Shown: positions 11,668 through 24,109, counted from the stretch's first letter. The stretch is DNA of 64,000 nucleotides from Narcine bancroftii (GCF_036971445.1 NC_091473.1:208258001-208322000), one strand, 5' to 3'. Program-made: numbers and translations. Notes: generated by a model from the sequence alone, not told the origin.

Positions 11668-12275
11668 ATTTGTGTGTGTGTGCACTACTTGCATGAGTGT
11701 GTGAATTTGTGTCTGAACCCATCTGTGTGTGTGTGTACCTCCCCATGTGTGTCTTTGTAACTGCATCTGTACCTGCCTGTGTGTATGTCTATATCCACAT
11801 GTCCCTGTAGTGCTGTGTGCGTCTACATGTGTCCTTGTGTGTCTACCTGCTTGTGCGTGTCTATCTGCTCGTGTGCGTGTGTCTGTACCTGCCTGTGTGT
11901 AGGTACATTTTTTGTGTGTATGTCTGTATCTGTCTTTGTGAGCGTATTATGTGTATGTGTACCTGCCTGCATGTATCTATCTGGATGTGTGTGTCTGTAC
12001 CTGTTGCGGATGTCTGTAGCCATCCGTGTGTGTCTGTACCTATCAATGTGTCTTTACCTGGCTTTGTACGTGTGTGTGTCTGTCTGTACCTATCCGTAGG
12101 TTTGTCTGTACCAGCCCGCATGTGTGGGTGTCTGTACCTGTGTACCCCTCCGTATGTGTATGTGTACCTGTCCGTGTGTGTACCTGTCCGTGTGTGTGTC
12201 TGTACTGCATGTGTGGGGATGTGTATGTGTAGGTTGTGGGGGTGTGTGTCTGTACCTGTCTTTGTGCGTGTATGA
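11668..12275. repeat. Degenerate (TG)n / TGTACC-rich simple repeat
   Basis: Repeated gtgtgtgtctgtacct motifs. Confidence 0.85.
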
Positions 12276-12295
12276 TGTCGTGCTCTGCTCTACAG

Positions 12296-12442
12296 CTGTA
12301 TAGATATGAGGAGAACTACCAGGCAGCCTTGAACGGCTTTGCTCAAGCCTCTGCCCTCGACCCAGCCTCTTCCGAAGCCTCCCTCCGGGAACAACAGCTG
12401 CTCAACTTCCTGGCACGAGTTAGCACCCTGGTGCAGCAGAAG
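12296..12442 (+). CDS. TTC5: TTC5 exon 7
   Basis: LYRYEENYQAALNGFAQASALDPASSEASLREQQLLNFLARVSTLVQQK|gtgagg. Confidence 0.96.
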
Positions 12443-12666
12443 GTGAGGGAGTGGGGTTGGAATTAGCTCCACTGATGATGAATCATCCTGCCCACATCAC
12501 CAGGGTGAGCTGCCCTCCTCCTCAGTTCCCCTCCACCCCGTCCCTCTCCTTTCCCACCCTCCTCTTGCCCTAACCCCTTCACTCGGTTTCCCCCTCCCGC
12601 CACATCCCCTTCACCATCCCCCTCCACTCCCCAACCCCCTATTCCTGATGCTGACTCTATTTCCAG

Positions 12667-12881
12667 GGGAAGCTGAAGACGAAGCGTTTGAATGGTTTGG
12701 TGAGTGTGCTGCTGACCCGGGAGCTGGGCCCTCACCAGCATCGCCTCTATCGCAGCCCAGGCAGCCAGCCCACTGCCCTCAGCCTGCAGCCTCTCTCTGC
12801 CCTCGTTCCTGGCATCAACCGTGGCCTCGTGGTCCTTGGGAAAGTGGTCTTCAGTCTCACTACAGACGAGAAGGTTCCCTT
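12667..12881 (+). CDS. TTC5: TTC5 exon 8
   Basis: GKLKTKRL...VVLGKVVFSLTTDEKVP; basic patch equivalent to human K285/K287 (ribosome binding). Confidence 0.96.
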
Positions 12882-13358
12882 GTGAGTATGGGGTGTGGAT
12901 GGAGGGTGTGGGGATTGTGTGATGGTTGTGGGGAAGGTGGCATTAGGGTAGAGGCAGTGGGATAGAGTGTGGGGGGAGCAAGAAGGGCACTGGGGAGGGA
13001 GTAAGGCTGAGGGCATGTGGTGTGGGAGCATTGAGATCCTGCCCCTCCCTCTCCTACCCCTTCCACCCCCTCCATTCCCCCGTCTGCCCACCCTCCCCTC
13101 CTCAAACCCTATCCCCTTGCCAGACCCCATCCCTCCCTCAGATCCCAGATCCCATCCCTCCCTCAGATCCCATACCCTGCCTTCCCTCTCCCAGACACCC
13201 CTCCCTCCCAACACACCCCCTCCCCCACCCTTCCCAGATACCCTCCCATCCCCAGACCCCTTCAGAACCCAGTGCCCCTATATGTTACCCCACACCCCCC
13301 CTTGGGCTGGGTTACCTTTTGGCCACTCAGTGACCTGGAATCTGACCTTTGGCCTCAG

Positions 13359-13503
13359 CACCTTCGGCCTGCTGGACGTGGAGGGAACATGCATGGCAGT
13401 GACGGTCTACAACGTGGCGCAGAGCTGGGGGGTGCTGGTTGGGGACTCGGTGGCTGTTCCCCAGCCCCTGCTCAAGGAGCACAGTGTCGAGCACAAGGGC
13501 AAG
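13359..13503 (+). CDS. TTC5: TTC5 exon 9
   Basis: TFGLLDVEGTCMAVTVYNVAQSWGVLVGDSVAVPQP (OB domain). Confidence 0.96.
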
Positions 13504-13787
13504 GTGAGTGGGTGTGGGCAGAGGATGCATCGCCCCCTCAATATAGTACCTGGTCCACCTGTGATAAGATCCGCATGTGACCCTGTGACCCCAATGATGT
13601 TGAAGTGACTCCTGTGACCCCAGGCGTGACTGCTATTGACCCAGTATGTGATCTGTCGCTTTCCCCAGTGACTCCTCCAGCAACACCCCGCCGATCCACC
13701 AGTGACCCCTGCCTGTAAAACCACCCTCCCCCCCAACCCGCATTGACATCAGCCTCTGCTTTGACCCCGTGTGTACTCTTTCCACAG

Positions 13788-13907
13788 CGGTTTTCCTTCC
13801 GCAGTATCCGTGTGGAGACTCCGCTGGTCCTGGTGGTGAACGGCAGGGATCAGAACACCAGCTCTCAGGCTGCTGCCATTGTCGCCTACACACCGTGCAC
13901 AGAGTGA
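13788..13907 (+). CDS. TTC5: TTC5 exon 10 (terminal)
   Basis: [39 protein letters not shown]. Confidence 0.96.
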   Translation, partial: RFSFRSIRVETPLVLVVNGRDQNTSSQAAAIVAYTPCTE

Positions 13908-14262
13908 GGGGGTTTCGGACCACTAATCCACACCCCCCACCCCCGCTGGGGTGCAGGTCAAACACCCCCATCATATCTGGAAATCGTCAGCACCTCCTCC
14001 TTCCAGACAGCTCTCCAGGTGGGGAGAGGAGGGTTCCAGTGATCTGTACTCCCTGGGTGGGGAGGGGCCCGGAGTCTCTGTTCTCGCCTGGGAAGATCAG
14101 ACTGGAGGGACCCACTTGGGTCATGATTGGGGAGTCAGTGCAGACTTCTGGATCTCCCACACCTTCCTATTCCTTTCTCCCCTGCCTTTGGAACGGGACC
14201 CGTTGTTGAACTTTCATGGCCTGGGGTACAGAGCACCGTCTCCACGGGACTGGTGAAGGGTC

Positions 14263-14268
14263 ATTAAA
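14263..14268 (+). terminator. Candidate TTC5 polyadenylation signal (ATTAAA)
   Basis: Hexamer ~355 nt after the stop, followed by T-rich sequence. Confidence 0.45.
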
Positions 14269-14549
14269 GTGATTTTTCTATGGAGCTGGTTCAGCATTGG
14301 GACCTGCAGTTCCCGTCCTGGAGACAATTCCCCAGACCCTGTAAACTCCTCCCCTCTGCTGGGAGCTCACAATGGTTTCGTAAACCAAGTGGCCTCCTTC
14401 ACCAGTCTCGGCGGAACAAGTGGACCCAGCTTGGTGCTGGGGGAGGGGGGGGTGTGAGGGAGGATGGGGGAGGGTTGCAAAAGGATGAGAGAGGACTGAT
14501 GCAGAAGATTCAAATGCTTGATGAGGCATCGACAGTCTCCCAGATAATG

Positions 14550-14555
14550 TTTATT
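14550..14555 (-). terminator. Candidate CCNB1IP1 polyadenylation signal (AATAAA)
   Basis: tttatt on + strand ~280 nt past the CCNB1IP1 stop. Confidence 0.55.
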
Positions 14556-14832
14556 GGTGGCTGCTTCCTTGAATGTCCAGAGGACAGTGAGGGGAGAGGA
14601 GGGTGTGGAATGGGTAGATGAGGGGGAAGAGGGTGTGAGGGTAGGAGTAGGATTCAAGGACGGGTGGGAGGGAGGTGGATGATCAGGTGTTGAATGAGGT
14701 GGGGAGGGATGGAAAGAAGGGAAGAGATGGGGAAAAGGTGGGATTGATGGGAGGGCTTGAAGGATGGAGGGGGTGGGAGATGGTGGAGGCAGGAGGAGAG
14801 GTGGCTGAGACTGGCCTGGTCTCTGAAACCCC

Positions 14833-15032
14833 TCACACCCTCTTCATCTTCATGGCATTGCTGGGCTGAGTGATGGGTGACTGCTGCTGCTCATCATTGG
14901 GGGAGAAGCTGAAGAAACCTCTGGAACAGTCCCGGGCAGGTGAGCTGAAGAAGGAGGGTTTGAGATAGAAGTTGCTCTCTCCTGAGGGCCTCATCACTGG
15001 GGACTCACCAGACTGGAACCGGGTCAGACCAC
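14833..15032 (-). CDS. CCNB1IP1: CCNB1IP1 (HEI10) last coding exon
   Basis: tctcagcag|(G)GLTRFQSGESPVMRPSGESNFYLKPSFFSSPARDCSRGFFSFSP...AMKMKRV*; resembles the human C-terminus (FRPFF...FFSF...AFKVKRI); phase fits. Confidence 0.85.
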
Positions 15033-15109
15033 CTGCTGAGATGCAGAGGTCCGGTGAGAGGGATGCCCACCAGAACTGCAGTCTGGTCCCCAACCACCAC
15101 CTCTGTCTC

Positions 15110-16315
15110 TGCTCTGCAACCCATGACCTCCACCTCTGACCCTAAACTACAACCCCAGATCATCATCCTCTGAACCTGCATGACAATCCTTCAACCTCTA
15201 CTTCTGACCCTGCACTGCATCCTTGATCTTCTGACCCTGAACTGCACTTCCTGACCTCGACCCTCTGGCCCTGCACTTCCTGATCCTGACCTTGACCCTC
15301 TGGCCCTGCACTGCAGTTTCTGATCCTGACCTCAACCCTTGTGACCCTACACTGCAATTCATGACCCTGACCTTAATCCTCTTGACCCTGCACTGCAATT
15401 CTTGACACAACATCTGACTCTGCATTGCAATCCCTCACACAAATCTCTGATGCTGCAATGTAACCCCTGACCTTGATCCTTCGCTGCAACCCATGAACTC
15501 TCCATCTGATTCTGGACTACAATCATTGACCAACTCTCTGACCCTGCACTGCACCCCTCACCCCTATGACCCTCCACAGCAGCCGTTCACATGAATCTCT
15601 GACCCTACAATGCAATCCCTGACTTCTGATCTCGACCCTGCACTGAAATTCTTGACACCAACCTCATCCTGTACTGCAACCCCAACCTCAACTCTGACCC
15701 TGCACTGCAACCCCTAACCTCAACTCTGATCCTGCACTACAACCCCTAACCTCAACTCTGACCCTGCACTGCAACCCCTAACCTCAACTCTGACCCTGCA
15801 CTGCAACCCCTAACCTCAACTCTGACCCTGCACTGCAACTCCTAACCTCAACTCTGACCCTGCACTGCAACCCCTAACCTCAACTCTGACCCTGCACTGC
15901 AACCCCTAACCTCAACTCTGACCCTGCACTGCAACCCCTAAACTCAACTCTGACCCTGCACTGCAACCCCTATCCTCAACTCTGACCCTGCACTGCAACC
16001 CCTAACCTCAATTCTGACCCTGTACTGCAACCCCTAACCTCAACTCTGACTGCAATGAAAACCACAACCTTGACCCTCTTAACCTCCACTACAACTGGTG
16101 ACCAACTCTGAACCTGCTTTTCAACCCGACCCTGACCTCAATCCTCTGATCCTGACTGCAATTACTGACCCCAATTCTGCACTGTATCCTTGACTTTGAC
16201 CCGCTGACCATGTACTGCAATCCCTGACCCTGATCTCAACCCTCTGACACTGCACTGCAGCCCATGACCTTGCCCGACAGACCCTGCTCTACAACTCAAC
16301 CTCACCCTTCTCACC
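15110..16315. repeat. 32-bp minisatellite (homogeneous core ~15686-16050) with degenerate flanks
   Basis: Unit CCTCAACTCTGACCCTGCACTGCAACCCCTAA, ~11 near-perfect copies. Confidence 0.92.
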
Positions 16316-16319
16316 CAGA

Positions 16320-19300
16320 TATCGTGGTTCAAATTGGTACCAATTACATAGATAAGATTAGGGATGAGGTTCTGAAGAGGAAATATGAGTTAGGAAATAA
16401 GCTGTAAGGCATGACCTCAAGGGTGGTAATCTCAGGATAGCCGCCTGTGCCACGCACCAGTGAGGGTAGGAATAGGAATTTGTGGCTCAGAATGCAGGGG
16501 ACAGAGGTCAGATTTGTGGATCACTGGGATCTCTTCTGGGGAAGGGACGACCTGGAGAGGGACCAATATTCTGGCGTGCGGGTTTAAACTAGTTTGGCAG
16601 GGGAGTGGGAACCAGAATGTGAGGAAATAGAGCAGAAGGGGGAAAGGATGATCAATGAGTTGTAAAGACAGACAGGTAGCTAGATGTCCAAAACTGCACA
16701 ACATGCCACCTGCACTCAGTAGTCTCACAACTGTAGTTGCTGCATGATGTCAGTACTCGAAATGATGTCAATAGCCTTTTTTTCCCTGCTGTCCACCTGT
16801 GTTGCCACATTCATGGAACCATGCACCTCCAGCCCCGTCTCTTTGTTCTACAAAACTCCACAGCACCCCACTGTTTACCGTGAAAACCTACCTTGGTTTA
16901 ATCAACCAAAGAGCAACACTATCCACATGTCTGCTTTAAATTCCACCTGTCATTCTTGGCCCACTTTCCTAGTTCATCTCAATAGGGTTTAAACTAGTTT
17001 GTCAACAGAATAGAGCACATGGTGGAAAACTTGGTGCAATGTGTAGTGAGGAAGGATAGACAGTGGAGGGAGCATAAATGTCAGTTGGAGGGCTTGAAAT
17101 ATGTTTATTTCAATGCTAGAAGTATTGGGAATAAAGGAGACGAGCAGAGCATGGTTCAGTGCGTGGAATTACAGCATTTTGGCCATAACAGAGACCTGGC
17201 TGACACAAAGACTGGATTGGCTGATGCAGGTTCCTGGGTTTAAATTTCAAAAGGGATAGAATGTTGTGGGGGGGGGGGGGGGGTGGTTAGCAATACTGGT
17301 CAGGGATAATATCGTGGCTGCAGAAAGGGAGGATGCTGTGGAGGGATTGTCAATGGACGATGTGGGTGGAAGTCAGAAATAAGCAAACACTGTACTGGAA
17401 GGAGTCTATAAGCATCCAAATAGCCCTCAGGGCACTGAGCGACAGTTAATCAGGCAGAATTTGGAATGGTGCAGAAATTACAAGGTGGTTGTTATGAGAG
17501 TCTTGCATTTCCCAAATACTAACTGGCACCTTGCCACTGCAAGAGGGATAGATGGGCCAGATTTTGTCAGGTGTGACCAGGAAGGATTTGTGACACAAAC
17601 AACCAGAAGAGAGGTCATACTGGATCTAGTATGGTGTAATGAAACTGGTCAGTGTACAGATCTCTTGGTGGGGAACATTTTGGTGACCGTGACCACAACT
17701 CTCTGAGCTTTAGCACAACAATGGACAAGGATAAAAACAAAAGAATGGTTAAGTGTTTAATTGGGGAAGGTCTAATTATGATGGGATGAGGAAGGAACTA
17801 GGAAGAGTAAATTGGGAACAGATGTTCTCGGCAGACGCATAGAAGTAATGCAGAGGATGATTCAGGACCACTTGCACAGAGTTCTGGATAGGTTGATCCC
17901 CCTGAGACAGGGAAAAGATGGAAGGAAAGGGGAACTGTGGTTGACAAAACAGGTGAGGCAGCTAGTTGAAGAAGGAAGCAAAAAGGAAGGGCTCTAAGAA
18001 ATATATTGTAACAGGAAGAGGACAGAGCTAAAAAGAGGCTTGAGAAGGCCTTGGAAAGTAGGATTAAGGAAAACCTTAAAGCATCTTATGCTTGCATGAA
18101 TAAGAGAAGGATGGCGAGAGTTAAAGGTAGGGTCATGTAAAGATAAAGAAGCCAATGTGCATGGTGGGGGAGAGGTTGAGAGATCCTAAATGAATACTTT
18201 GCTTCAGTATTCACCAGAAAAAAAGACCTTGACCAAGGTGAGGTCAGAATAAAAAATGTTTATTTACTGGATCATGTTGAAATTAAGAAAGGGTAAGTGC
18301 TGGAGATTCTTAAAAGCAATGGGATTGATGTTTCTGGAATTGGACAAGATGTATCCCAGGATGTTATGGAAAGTGAGGGAAGAGATTGGGTTCTGGCATC
18401 CTCTTTGGGCACCGTGGAGGTGCCAGAGGATCGGAAAATGGCAAATGTGGTCCCCTTGTTTAAAAAAGGTAATGGGGAGAATCCATGGATTAAAAGACCA
18501 GAGAGAATTCATAGGAACAGGATTTATGGCCATTTGCAGTCTTCTCAGGAATAGTCACCATGGCTTTGTGAGAGGGTCGTGCTTCCTGAGCCAATTTAGC
18601 TTTTTGAGTAAGTAACAAAAATTGATGGAGAAAGTCATGAGGCACGGGATCTATGGAACTTTTGTTGTGTGGATTCAGAATTGGCTTGCATGTAGAAAGC
18701 AGACAGTAGTTGTGGACGAAAGGTACTCTGCCTGGAGGTCAGTGACTAGCGGAGATCCACAAGGATCTGTTTGTTCTGGGACCCCTGCTCTTTGTGATTT
18801 TTATAAATGACCAGGATGAAGAGGTAGAAGGATGGATCAGTAAGTTTGCAGATGATACAAAGGTTGGAGGAGTTGTGGATAGTGTAGTTTACAACAGATA
18901 TAGACAAGATGCAGAGTTGGGCAAAGAAGTGGCAGATGGAGTTCAATCCATACAAGTGTGAAGTCATGCATTTCAGAAGGCCAGGCTTGAAGGCAGAGTA
19001 CATGATTGATGGAGGATTCTTAACAGTGCGACCTTGGGGTCCAAATCCATACATCTCTCAAGGTTGCCACGCAAGTTGATGGGGATAGTTAAGAAGTTCT
19101 ATGATATGCTGGGCTTCATTAGTCAAGAAAATTGAGTTCAGGAGTCGTAAGGTGATGTTGTAGTTCTATAAATCTCTGGTGAGATCGCAATTAGAATATT
19201 GTGTTTAGTTCTGGTCACATCATTACAGGAAGGATATGGAACCAATGGAGAGAGTACAGAGAAGATTTACCAGGATGTTACCTGGATTGGAAAATGTCTG

Positions 19301-19672
19301 ACAAGGCAAAGTTAGCGGATCTAGGGATTTTCTCTTTGGAGCAACGAAGGGTAAGAGATGACTTAATAGACAACTACTAGATTCTGAACGGCATAGGCAG
19401 CACATTTTTCCTGGGACAGGAGTGACACACCTGAGGACATCAGTACAAAGTGAAGGGAGGAAGATTTAGGAGAGAAATTTGGGGAAAGTTTATCATAGAG
19501 AATTGTGGGTGCCTGGAATGCATTTCCAGGAATGGTGGTGGAGGTTGGAACAAAAGGGGCATTTAAGAGACTTTTATACAGGCACATGGACAGAAGAAAA
19601 ATGGAGGATAATGAGGTAGGGAGGTTTCGGTTTTGGGCCTGTAACTGCTGTAATGTACTATAATCTATAAAC
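16320..19672 (+). mobile_element. Decayed CR1 LINE (ORF1 end, EN, RT, 3' tail) inside the minisatellite; contains an inverted CR1 piece ~16700-16980
   Basis: 'LKYVYFNARSIGNK', 'KMANVVPLFKKG', 'SKFADDTK', CR1-type 3' end. Confidence 0.85.
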
Positions 19673-19674
19673 AT

Positions 19675-20590
19675 CTGACCTGGTAATGCAGCTCCTCAGC
19701 CTCAATCTTAACTCTCCAACCCTGCACTCCACCCCCTCGTCCCTGTGACCCTGCTCTCCACCCTCTCATCCCTGTGACCCTGCACTATGATTCCTGACAC
19801 CCCTCTGCCCCTGCATCAAAACCCGACCACCCAACATCAATTCCCTGACCTTGTAATATAACTTCTGAATAAACCCTTCTAACCCTGCACTGCAACGCCT
19901 GACTGACCATCTGACCTGCACTGCAGCCCCTTACCCCAGCCTTTGACACTGAACTGCAAGTTGACCTCAATCTCTGACCCTTGATTGCAAACCATGACTC
20001 CTGACCTCAAACCATTGACCTCAACCTCTGACCCTTTACTGCAACCCCTGAACTTCAGATTTATGACCTTGTACTACAACTCCTGACTTCGACCCTCTGA
20101 CCCTGCTACAAGCCCCAACCACGACTCTCTGATCCTGCACTCCAACAAAACTCGAGCCTCTCACCTGGACTGCAATACCTGACACCGATCTCTGACTGCA
20201 CTTGACCCTCAATCTCGATCATCTGTATTTTGCAACCCTTTACCTTGTTCCTTTGACCCTTTACTGCAACCCCTGCCCTCAACCCTCTGATCCTGTACTG
20301 CTTCTCCTGACCTTCACCTTCTGGTCCTGCACTGCAACTCCTGAACATCAGCCTCTGACTGCACAGTAACGCCTGTCCTTGACTGTACTCCAACCCCTAA
20401 CCTCAACATTGAATTGAAACCCCTGAGAGACCCTCTAACCCTGCACAGCCCTTGACACCACTGCCAACCCTCTGACCCTTTACAATCCATGACTTCAATG
20501 CACCAACCCAGCACTTCATCACCTCTGACCCTGCACTTCATCACTTGACCTTGACCCTTTGACACTGCACTGCAACCCCTGAACCCCAGC
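19675..20590. repeat. Degenerate continuation of the ctctgaccctgcactgcaacccc minisatellite
   Basis: Same core motif as 15110-16315. Confidence 0.8.
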
Positions 20591-20875
20591 CCTCCCCTGG
20601 TATCCCAAGCCCCTCCAGTTACCTCCTGGGTTCCTGTTAAATTACCCCTCCCTCCCCTTAAACCTCTGGTGCCAATTTGCCATGCTCTCGATGTTCACCC
20701 ATTCTATCCCTCTCCTGATTTTGTACACCTCTTGTGAGATTATCCCTCGACCTGCATTCCCAGGCATGACAGCTCAACCTGTTCCACCTCTCCCTGTTAC
20801 TCAGGCGCCCTTAATTCAGCGGCATCTCTGTAATGGGTGTGGAGGTGTAATGGGTGTATGAGCTGTTCCAGGTAC

Positions 20876-21191
20876 CTGCAGGCATGTTGTAGCCACGGGC
20901 TGCTGTGTGCTCTCCCTCCCCTGCCATGGCGATGCTCCGCAGACGCAGGCTGTCATACAGGCCCTGCAGCCTCTGGTACTGCCTGTTCCTCTCCATCAAC
21001 TTCTCAGCCATCTCGCTGTACTTCTTCTTGTACTCATCCAGCAGCTTCTTCAGAGCATTGACTTCACTGCGGCTGTTGCTCACTTCCAGGTCCTTGCCCT
21101 GGATCTGCTGGGTGTACATCTTCTCCATCTGCTTGAGCCGACCCTCTGCCCGGCTGTAGGTATACTCCTGGTACATGCGCTCCTGGTGGAT
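20876..21191 (-). CDS. CCNB1IP1: CCNB1IP1 coding exon 2 (coiled coil)
   Basis: IHQERMYQEY...LMERNRQYQRLQGLYDSLRLR...MPA|gtacc. Confidence 0.96.
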
Positions 21192-21770
21192 CTGAGGGAG
21201 GTTTGTCAGACATGGCCTCCAAAACATAGGACGAGGAAAGGTAGCATGGTGCTAGGACCAAGGGGAATTCCCCACCCACTCCCCAGGAGGATTCCCTCAG
21301 CCTCCTCTTCATGGGTATGCGCCACCTGTTCCTTAGGTTTTGGTATCCAGGACGATTCCCTCCGCCTCCTCCACAGGGGTTTCTCTACCCAATCCTCTCT
21401 TAAGCCTCTTCCCAGCAGTACAGTGCGAGAAGCCGACTACCAGGGTTTGGGGTTTATCTTCCATAGGGTGGGCACTGAGAACCCAGGCCATCCCATGGGA
21501 TTCTTCTCTGACCCCTCTCTCCCCAACCCCTTCACTCCAAACCTGGTCCCCCAGGGTCAAACTCCAATATCCCCACACTCATTGGGCCTGACCCCAGGAC
21601 TGGGTCCCCAATCTCTCTACCCTCAGGACTCTTTGCTCCCGGTTGCCCCCTCGGGACCTGGGCCCCCGTTCTACCACCACCTCGGATCCATCCCATGACA
21701 CCCCTCAGGGTCCTTCCCTGTCGGATCCACCCTCCCGGTTTCCCCCGGGGCCCGTTTCCTCCGACCCCAC

Positions 21771-22067
21771 CTGGTAGGTCCAGAAGGCCAGCGCCCGTGA
21801 CGCGATGTCCAGCACCAGCTCGGGACGCAGGCCGGCCAGTACCATGGCCTTGTACTCTTCGGATGGGCTCAGCTCGGTGCGCACGATGTCCAGCTTGCCT
21901 GCCAGCGCGCTGTTGCAGGCGGGGCAGAGGGCGGGTGAGCGGCTGAACTCGCCGCTGCCGTGTTGGTCGCAGAAGACGTGCGAGCAGGCGGTGACCCAGG
22001 CGAAGCCCGACAGCCGGGTGCGGCACTTGGCGAAGTTACACAGCAGCACGTCTTCGCACATCGCCAT
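21771..22067 (-). CDS. CCNB1IP1: CCNB1IP1 coding exon 1 (RING-type E3 ligase HEI10)
   Basis: MAMCEDVLLCNFAKCRTRLSGFAWVTACSHVFCDQHGSGEFSRSPALCPACNS...ALAFWTYQ; very close to remembered human HEI10 N-terminus. Confidence 0.98.
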
Positions 22068-22270
22068 GGCAGCCGGCAGCGTGTGAAAACCGGCCAGCGC
22101 GCAGGCGCGGCGCGGGAGAACTGAGGCGGTGAGCAGTCGCTGCGCGAGGGACTGAGCGGTGCATACACATGGAGGCGAGGCCGCTTCCGGGAAAGGCGTA
22201 CAACGGGCTGAATCAGTGATTTCAGGGGTCCGTGCCTTGCCCGTCTTGCGAACACAACGTCTCCTCACTT
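22068..22270 (-). promoter_or_regulatory. CpG-rich CCNB1IP1 promoter/5' region
   Basis: CpG dense; NRF1-like GCGCAGGCGC ~22098, ETS CTTCCGG ~22184. Confidence 0.55.
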
Positions 22271-22970
22271 GTCAGTACGGTGCAACGGCGACCACTTCTT
22301 GAGAAGACTGAACGGACAAGGCCACTGGTCAATGTTCTCCAGGAGCTCTATCAAGAGCATCCTGGCCGGCTGCATCCCAGTTTGGTACAGTTGCTGTAGA
22401 GCATTGAGAGATCAAACCACAATAAGAGAGGATCATTGGAGTCTCCCTTCCCTCACAACGGGATCATTGTCTGAAGAGGGCATGCAAAATCATACAGAAC
22501 CCCTACCACTCGACACAGCATCTTTCATCCACTCAGAAAAGAGATGCAGGAGTATCAGAGCCAGCATCACCAGGCTGAAAAACAGCTTACTCCCTGAATG
22601 ACCTGCTCATACATACCCTCCGGGAGAACTATTTATTAAACAAAATTTATTTATTTTTAGAGCAGCAGTCAGCAACCCAGGTGGGAATCCTGAGCTGTCT
22701 CTAAGGATGTTCTCCTTGTGTCTGAATGAATTTTCTCCCACCCTCCAAAACGTACGGGAGTTGTAGGTATTGGGGTAGCATGGGATCATGAGCTGGAAGG
22801 GTCTGTTACAATGCTGTGTGTCTAAATATAAAAAAATATTTTTATATGTGTATAAACATACTGCATATGTATTGTTTGTCTGTGTCTATGTTATGCCTGG
22901 TTACACTGAAGAGCAGAGAATACCGTTTCATCAGGCTGTATGTGTACAATCAGTTGATAATAAACGTGAA
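22270..22970 (+). mobile_element. Rex1 3' fragment with inserted V-SINE fragment (~22660-22830)
   Basis: 'FLRRLN...SIKSILAGCIPVWYSCC', 'KRCRSIRASITRLKNS'; V-SINE core. Confidence 0.65.
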
Positions 22971-23449
22971 TAATACTACTTGTAATGAAAATGTTCACAT
23001 GACAATAGTGTATTCGTAGATTTTATATTTTAAAAAACTACTATTTATATATAACTGTTTGCCATTCATACCAAGTGATAAATAAAATTTTCCAAAAAAA
23101 ATAACGATGTAAAAGTTACAGTCCTTCGAAGTTTCCAGGGATCGGGTTCAGAAAAACTTCACTGATAGTAGACCAACAGGTCAGGGATACTGTTTCACCC
23201 GGTCCTCCCAATTACTTGGGGGCTTCATCCAGCCCTCCAAGTGACAGCGGGCTTCACTCACCCAATCTTCCCAGTGACGGGCAGTGTTAATGCTGTCCTC
23301 CAAGGTTTTGGGTCGCTGTTAATGCTCCTAGTGAAGGGGACTGTTAATACGGTCCTCTCAATCATGGTGGCACTGTTAATACCATCCTCCCAGTGCTACT
23401 CTCCCAGAATTCGGGACTATTCATGCAGTCCTCGGGGCTCTGCAAATTC

Positions 23450-24100
23450 AGTGACGAAGGGGCGCCCTCATGCAACGTTTGGCGGCGCTGTCACTGCGGT
23501 CTTCAGTGACGGGACCGTGACGCGCAAGGCGTCCTCCTCGCCGGCGGCGGCGCTGCGTCAGACGGCAGCTTCTGTGGCCACCAGTCAGAAGCACGTTGCT
23601 GGTGAGTGAGGCTACGCGGTCGTGGGCACACGGTGAGGGCTGAAGGAGAGAGAGAGAGAGTGAGGAGACGGAGCGGGGGCCGGAAGGGTACGAGACGGCG
23701 ATGGCCGAGATCCTGGAGAAGATCCTGAACAACTTGCTGGAGCCCGACACTGCGCTCATCCAGCAGGTAAGGCGGGGACGGAAGCGGGTCGGCCGGCCCC
23801 TGGGAGGGGAGGGGCGGGGCGAAGCCTGGGTCGGTGCCGGGGTGGTGGGTGCAAACGATTGCTCCGGCGCTCGAGCTAAGGCTCCCAACTGTCGGCGGGC
23901 GAGTAGCTCGTGTACCTCCCAACGGCCGCAACACGTTTCCCCGGAGAAAGGGGGCGGGGCCTGGGTAAATTGAAGGTGGTGATAGGACAACCTGGGGCAG
24001 CCGGGGTTGATGATTGGACACTCAAAGGACAGTGATTGGCCACCCGGGGACGGAGCTCGGACAAACATGGGCGGAGCTTGTGCATAGGGCGGGCCTGTGA
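23450..24100 (+). promoter_or_regulatory. IPO4 CpG-island promoter/first exon region
   Basis: CpG dense; ATF/CRE-like TGACG/TGCGTCA, GC boxes GGGGCGGGG, reversed CCAAT (ATTGG). Confidence 0.65.
23701..23766 (+). CDS. IPO4: Importin-4 exon 1
   Basis: gcgATGG; MAEILEKILNNLLEPDTALIQQ|gtaagg; resembles the IPO4 N-terminus (LLxPDT). Confidence 0.9.
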
Positions 24101-24109
24101 GTCACTTCT

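Noticed and set aside
12465-12512. Possible C/D snoRNA (TGATGA, terminal agctc/gagct stem) in TTC5 intron 7
   Set aside because: Too short and no CTGA D box at the 3' end; no SNORD126-like sequence recognised in CCNB1IP1 introns either
15686-16050. CRISPR-like or telomeric array (32-bp period, CCCTAA)
   Set aside because: Head-to-tail repeats without unique spacers, eukaryotic context, no cas genes; CCCTAA occurs once per unit, not in tandem
20907-22255. Long overlapping antisense and alternative-frame ORFs over CCNB1IP1 exons
   Set aside because: Typical shadow ORFs of GC-rich coding sequence
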